Source: Rhizodiscina lignyota
Taxonomy: Eukaryota
Direction of reading: 5' to 3'
Assembly (NCBI GenBank): GCA_010015805.1
Contig: ML978136.1
Coordinates: 496,001 to 560,000 of the forward strand
Length of the DNA: 64,000 bases
In this document: piece by piece, positions 58,392-64,000 of the stretch
How the letters are laid out: each line of letters starts with the position of its first letter
Position numbering within the stretch: the stretch's first letter is position 1
Notes under the pieces: generated by a model
What the model was told of the DNA's origin: nothing
The model's database searches: none
What the model saw: only the letters and a program-made list of their open reading frames with translations
Made by a program: the position numbers and the translations under genes

Positions 58392-61300
58392 TGCAGCGTT
58401 GAGAGGATTGACTGAAGGAACAGGATGATTCCGTTGCTCTGGTCAGAGTTCCAGAGCGTAAACCAAGCAGGTGGAGCGTTGACAACAATAGCGTGGTAGA
58501 CTGGAGAGCTCGACAATGAGGACTGGTACAATGGTATGCACAGTGATATGCTCAAGTAGTACAAGAAAGTCGATATGAGTATTTGTGGAGAAAGACTGGT
58601 GGAGAAATATACAACTCGTGTGTTGGTCGTGGAGTTCTGGTCCGGGAGATTGGGGCAGTGGATAGGGAGGAGCGTTTACATACATATAGCTGTCCGTACC
58701 ACATCCCACGAGTGAGTGAGTGGCAGCCCGGGGGATGACGAAGTTGTGGGACACAAGGGAGAGCTACCTCACACTAGCATCCCTCCACCAAGCCAGGACG
58801 GGGGAACAAAGCGCACGGGGATCTCGACTCGCATCCAGGGCCAACAGGAAAGCCGCGCGCCCATGCATGGGGGCAGAGGAGTGATGAAAGTGCGGCCAGG
58901 GCAGTTGATGATGTTGCCCGTCGAAGGCGGCATGGGGGCAATCCAGCTTGCGATGTGCCCTCGATGCCTCCCACGACTGGCAGGGGCGGGATGCGCTTTG
59001 ATGAAATTTTTGGGAATGCTCGAGCAGCAGAGATCCTGGTCGGGTTCCTCAAGATGGGAGATTCGCAAGGGAGGCCTTGCACGAAGCCGCCAGAGTGCAA
59101 ATGTGGTCTAACAGCGTAAAGCTTCCCCCATCCACCATTACCAGCCCGTGCTGGCGCGCTGCCTCTGCGGAGAGGCTTGGCGTTCTGCTCACCGAGCACT
59201 TTGGAAATGCGGAAAATATGAGAGGTTAATTGCTCAAGTGGGGGTCTTGCCGCACATAGCGAAGGAATTGCGCTGCTGGTATGGTGGAATTGCTGGAGAG
59301 CAGCGCTTCGCCTTGGCTTACCCGAAGCAGATGCGTTACTCGAGCGAGGCGAAGGAGGCCTTCTGACATGTCTCTCGGGCAGTAATCTTGCGCCATCCGA
59401 TATCAGACTACCGGTTTTCGAGTTCTACAGCTGTATTTGTGCCGCATCGATCTTACCGCCGTCGCGTCGGATCGCGCGCCAGCTTTGGCTGATCACGGCG
59501 AGTGAGGCTGCGAGAGGCGCCTGTGTGATCTTAGTCAACCATTTCCTTCGCAGGGATTCATACAATACGATCCGATCGGCCTGCTAATGTTATTATTGAT
59601 GTATCCGAACGCTGGAGCAGCGGCCGAATCCGATTCTGAAGCTGTGGCACTCCCTGCGAGCTCACCGTCTCGCAGTTGTACGAGTTCGCCGTCTCTCACG
59701 CACCAGACTCGCTCGCCTTTGCGGATTGGCTGCAGACACGAACTGCTAGATCGCTCCCTGTCTCGATCACGTTGGGAGGGTGTCGCAGGCACCCCGGCGA
59801 GCATCTTCGGGGCAGATTGGCGACGTGCCATTTGCTATCCGCTCTACACAACACGCGCCCCGTACGCGGGGATTTCTGCCCGCCATCACGGATTCATCAC
59901 ATCGACCTTTCCAAGATTGATTTTTCATGCTTCACGCGGAATCAAGCCCTTCCGCGCCGTCATATCGTCGCACGCCCAAGGCGCCGCCAAGTGCACGCGA
60001 TACGCTTATTGCCGGCGGCACGATGCTCGCTTCCATTCTGACAGCCAATTTCACCGCGCTATAGAGGCAGCGCGGTTGACGGATCTCGCCAACTACTGCA
60101 CCGGCGGCGTGGGACAACGGCGAGCGGAATTCGGGAGCGAAGTTCTAAAGCAGCTTATGGCTGCTCCAACAGGCAACTGAAACAATCAGAGCCTTGTGTC
60201 CAAACCGGGCCACATCCGGAAACTCCTTCGCCTCTGCCCGGGATATCGGGAGATTTGGTCCTCGTAATGGCCATTACCGACCTTCTCTTTCTGCACTTCA
60301 CAACCTGGATGATAGACACAAGGATGATTCCCCACCCGTCAGATCGAATGGCAGGTCACTCTACAAGGTGCGAGCCGAGCACCGTACAATCAGGACCACA
60401 TCATAATTGATCGTGCTCACCATCAGCATCGTACACGTCGAGAATTGCAAGACACCACATACGCCACCAAACAACAGCTTTACTGCTCTGCGGAGCTGGC
60501 TCACAAGACACCCGTTCTCAGCGCGGCGTCGACGCAAATCAGAGCAACCCGACAACTTGGGTCGGCTGGACCTGGTGCACGCGGGCTGCCCAGAGCGCAC
60601 AGATATCTGTGCGTCGTGTTCGAAGAAGTAATTCTATTATCCAACGCGGAGCCCGCCTATCAACGGCACGCCGCTCTCCTGGAGCGTGCGTCTCCACACC
60701 GTCAAGCCTCAAGCCATCTGCCGCCAGATCCCACGCCTTCGACCCGGCAGCATGGTTCGGGACCTCTGCAGCGTGTCCCGCACTGCAAACCGCCTACAGA
60801 AAATAGAGCTTGCCGCCAGCCGCGATGTTCATCTGGATGCATTGCATTTTGGGCGCCTTGCTGCCGCTTAATTCGCTGCGCCTGTCCTCATGACAAAGAA
60901 TTGCGTGAATCTTCCTCCTTCCACCTCGCTCCCGTGTAGCCGCACATCTATCCCAAGTAGTCGGGATGCATACTGCTGAGCTTCGCTGCTGTTTGCGGCA
61001 GCCCAGACCATGACTGCGTGCGCACGAGCAAGAGGCGTCCGTCTCATTGGAACAAACCCTGGGTCTCTTCTTCATCATGCGTGAACGAAGGATCCGCCAA
61101 GTGTACCTCTTCAGGTACAAATGTACGTGGACTTTGTGCTCACACAACCTCCATTTCAAAATGCCTTTGATGGACCTCGAGACTATTGAATGTCTCGACA
61201 GGAAACCATCAATTGCTCGGTTTCGGTCGTTTTCCGACGAATTTCGGGCTGCTAGATGGATGCTTTATCCATATTAAGGCTTAAGTAGTCTGCTCCAGGT

Positions 61301-64000
61301 CCTTGCAACCGACCTCTCTCGGCCCGTCCGCTCGACGCCATCAATTGACCGCGCCGTTATCCCATGCTCGCGGATACGTTCCCCGGTTTGGCCCAAATCC
61401 GCAGATCTCCACCACGAGTCTTAACAGTTTGCGACCCAGCTTAATGGGCGTATCGAGACCAGACGAATCGGCTTGGCCAAGACGTTGCGTGCCCTGTTCG
61501 CAGAGAGCAATCGAGCAACCTCATCGCCTTCCGGATCGCATTGCCCTTGCATGCCCTTGCAGAGGTCCAGTGTGTCGGCATGCTCTAGGTCGCCTAAACG
61601 CTGGCTTGTTCCAGGGGCAGTACATACTGGAGATGTCCGATTCATGGTCTTGAGTAGAGCTGAAAGAGGACAGAGAGCAATCACGCGCAGAAATGCTGCG
61701 ACTTGGAATCGTCACACGACTATTGCCCTACGCCCCTGAGATATGCATCAGTTGATGGCTTGCGTTCTGCGATGCTGCAAAATTTGATTGATCTGAGGGA
61801 TGCACCAGATCCGAACAGTGTGAGCCGTTCGGCGATTTTCTCATTGCTCATTATTGTTCGCTTCGCGAAGAAGCGAGTGGGTAGACGGGACGACCAGACG
61901 AGTGTTTCAGCAAACCAGCGAGTAAGAGGGTCGTGCACCTTGTCATCACAGTTCTGAGGCATGGCGTCCCGTTCCCCTCAACAACACCACCTGCCACTGG
62001 CACTGGCGGGCAGACTGTAACACTTCAAAGATCCACTGGCGGCCCTGTCGCCATTTCTATTGCCCCTCGTCAGGCCTCGAACTCTTCCGTCGTTCATCCC
62101 GTCTCATGATACAAATACAGTGATTCGATCCGGCCTGGGCAGGGCAAGCCTGAGAAACGGTGTTGATTCATCGAGCGTTTCAATCGCTTCCAAACCTTCC
62201 CAATATCAGCCTGAAAAGCAGATGTCACGAAGTCCACAGGCATCGCAGCAGCTATGACGTTCGAGTTTATCGAGTTGCCAAATTCGGGGCAAGTCTCCGT
62301 TCGGGAACGCTTCATAAGCGACTGCTACGGGGATTGCAAACCTTGCGAGTGCGACACAAAAATCTCACCGCGCGCGCTCTTCTGTCTCTATGAACCCCAG
62401 CAGTAAATGTTTCAGATGGCACAGATGCAGCGCGCACCCCATTTGTGTCGCGAATCGGCCGTCACTTTCCTCTCTCGGAGCCGACTCCAGCATTCAACAG
62501 CTTCTGAACCCTGCCGAAGATGCCGATTCTATACAGATCAAGGGGATCTTTTCATGGATAGTAAGCACTTCTCAATGCTTCTCAATGCTTCATGAACGTT
62601 ATTGAGCAGGTTCGCACTCGCGTCTCGCTTCGATAGTTCCACGCGACAATGACGTTGCAGTTCCATTACCGCGCGGTACCAATTTCTGTCGCGTGCGTTG
62701 TGGTCGGCAGTTGTTCAACAGTTCGACGTGGTATTTAACAATCCCACCACCACCTTTTGCATTTGTTCACCTCCGTGCCACTCTCTTGACAACCAGGCAT
62801 TGCCTTGGTTTGGCGATTTGCAAGGCCTGGTCGCGACTCAAAATGCCCGCGCAGTCCGCGAGCTACCCCGGCGAATAGCAGGAGGTGTCTTCAAGGGACG
62901 CCAAGTTTCTAAATTCTATATTGAGAATCCATTTGTTTGAGTGGAACTGGATGTTATAGACATGGGTGAGATCATATAGGGTTGGCCAATAGCTCAATTT
63001 CTTGTTTGATATTCCAATTCGAGCTTTCATGAATCATGGCGCTTCGGATTCAATATTCACGTTTTCTTTTCAATCTCCGCCCTCACAAAACAACATCTCT
63101 CATAGACACATCTCGTATCGCATAAGTGGTGGCGCAATGCCTTCTCTTGCCCGATCGCTCGGAATTGCGCTCGTGGCCTCGATCACAAGGCTCCAGTGGA
63201 TCATTGCGATGTGCACAGTCTGCGAAGTTCGCGTACGGCGCAAAACAACCACGAAAGCATACGCCAATCACACGCTTCGGAACCGATCCGCGAAGCCTAT
63301 TGAGCCTCACCACCTTGGGCAGCTTGGGCAGCTGCAGGGCCTCCAACAGGCCGATATTCCCCGCCGCTTTGACACACATTGATCTCCATGTGAGGCGTGT
63401 GCCAAGGGCAGCTAATAGCTCCGAGAGAAACAAGATCTAGACACCTTGTCTAGGGCTGCACCGACCGATCGAAAAGCAACCACCTGGCTTCACGGCGCGG
63501 GATCCGAACGACCAGGTAAGTCGGCGAAGGCACTCTGTGCATAAATGAGATGGTCCACTGAATGAGCAGTATTACCACCATCTCATGGATTTCCCAGAAC
63601 CTAGCTACCAGATCGAGTTCCAACTGCATCACGCTTCGGTATGGTCGCTCGAATCACACACGAAAGGCCCAATCCGCTCTTGTGCTGTGCACTTCTGCGA
63701 ACGGGCCTGCACCTTTCACTTACTCATCTCTTTCATCACTTCTCTCAATTCAGATTTTGCACTTACCAGACTCTCACTCACCCGCAGGAGCTTTCGGTCC
63801 CGTGACTCCAATCACAGCTCAAATCCATCCCAGAACGGTGTTGAAGCCCTGGGATGTATTCCTGATAAGATTGTCTGGCCCCAGAGATGCTCGCGCGTTG
63901 TGAGGGTTTCCAGTGGGCAAGAGCAGAGCATAGGCACTGCCCGCATCGACTTTTCACGACTACCAGAATCAGGAAACCAGATGTCCGGGGTCATTGCTCA

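Overview
Eukaryotic, gene-dense sequence from a filamentous ascomycete (Pezizomycotina). This assignment is inferred from short GT-AG introns with CTAAC/CTGAC branch points and from fungal-specific gene families. About 28 protein-coding genes are supported. Housekeeping or conserved genes: copper amine oxidase (runs off the left edge), POP2/CAF1, complex I B12 subunit (missed by the ORF track), RIT1, KNR4/SMI1, YTP1-like, PTH1, PEP3/VPS18, HSF1, VPS45, ERG3 and an AZF1-like C2H2 factor. Accessory genes: GFA-domain protein, dienelactone hydrolase, Zn2Cys6 factor, alpha/beta hydrolase, GST, phytase-like esterase, DEDD exonuclease, a secreted Cys/Trp-repeat protein, and five dispersed F-box-like genes. 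The main non-coding signal is the ~1.4 kb gap between an F-box-like gene and KNR4 (about 21270-22245). It holds a nested series of long-range helices that enclose a hairpin, then a C-rich terminally repeated segment (CCCTTATAACCC), then an H-type pseudoknot. That order matches a telomerase RNA core, and the putative template predicts a non-canonical 9-nt telomere repeat, TTATAAGGG. All structures were read by eye; no folding or database search was run.
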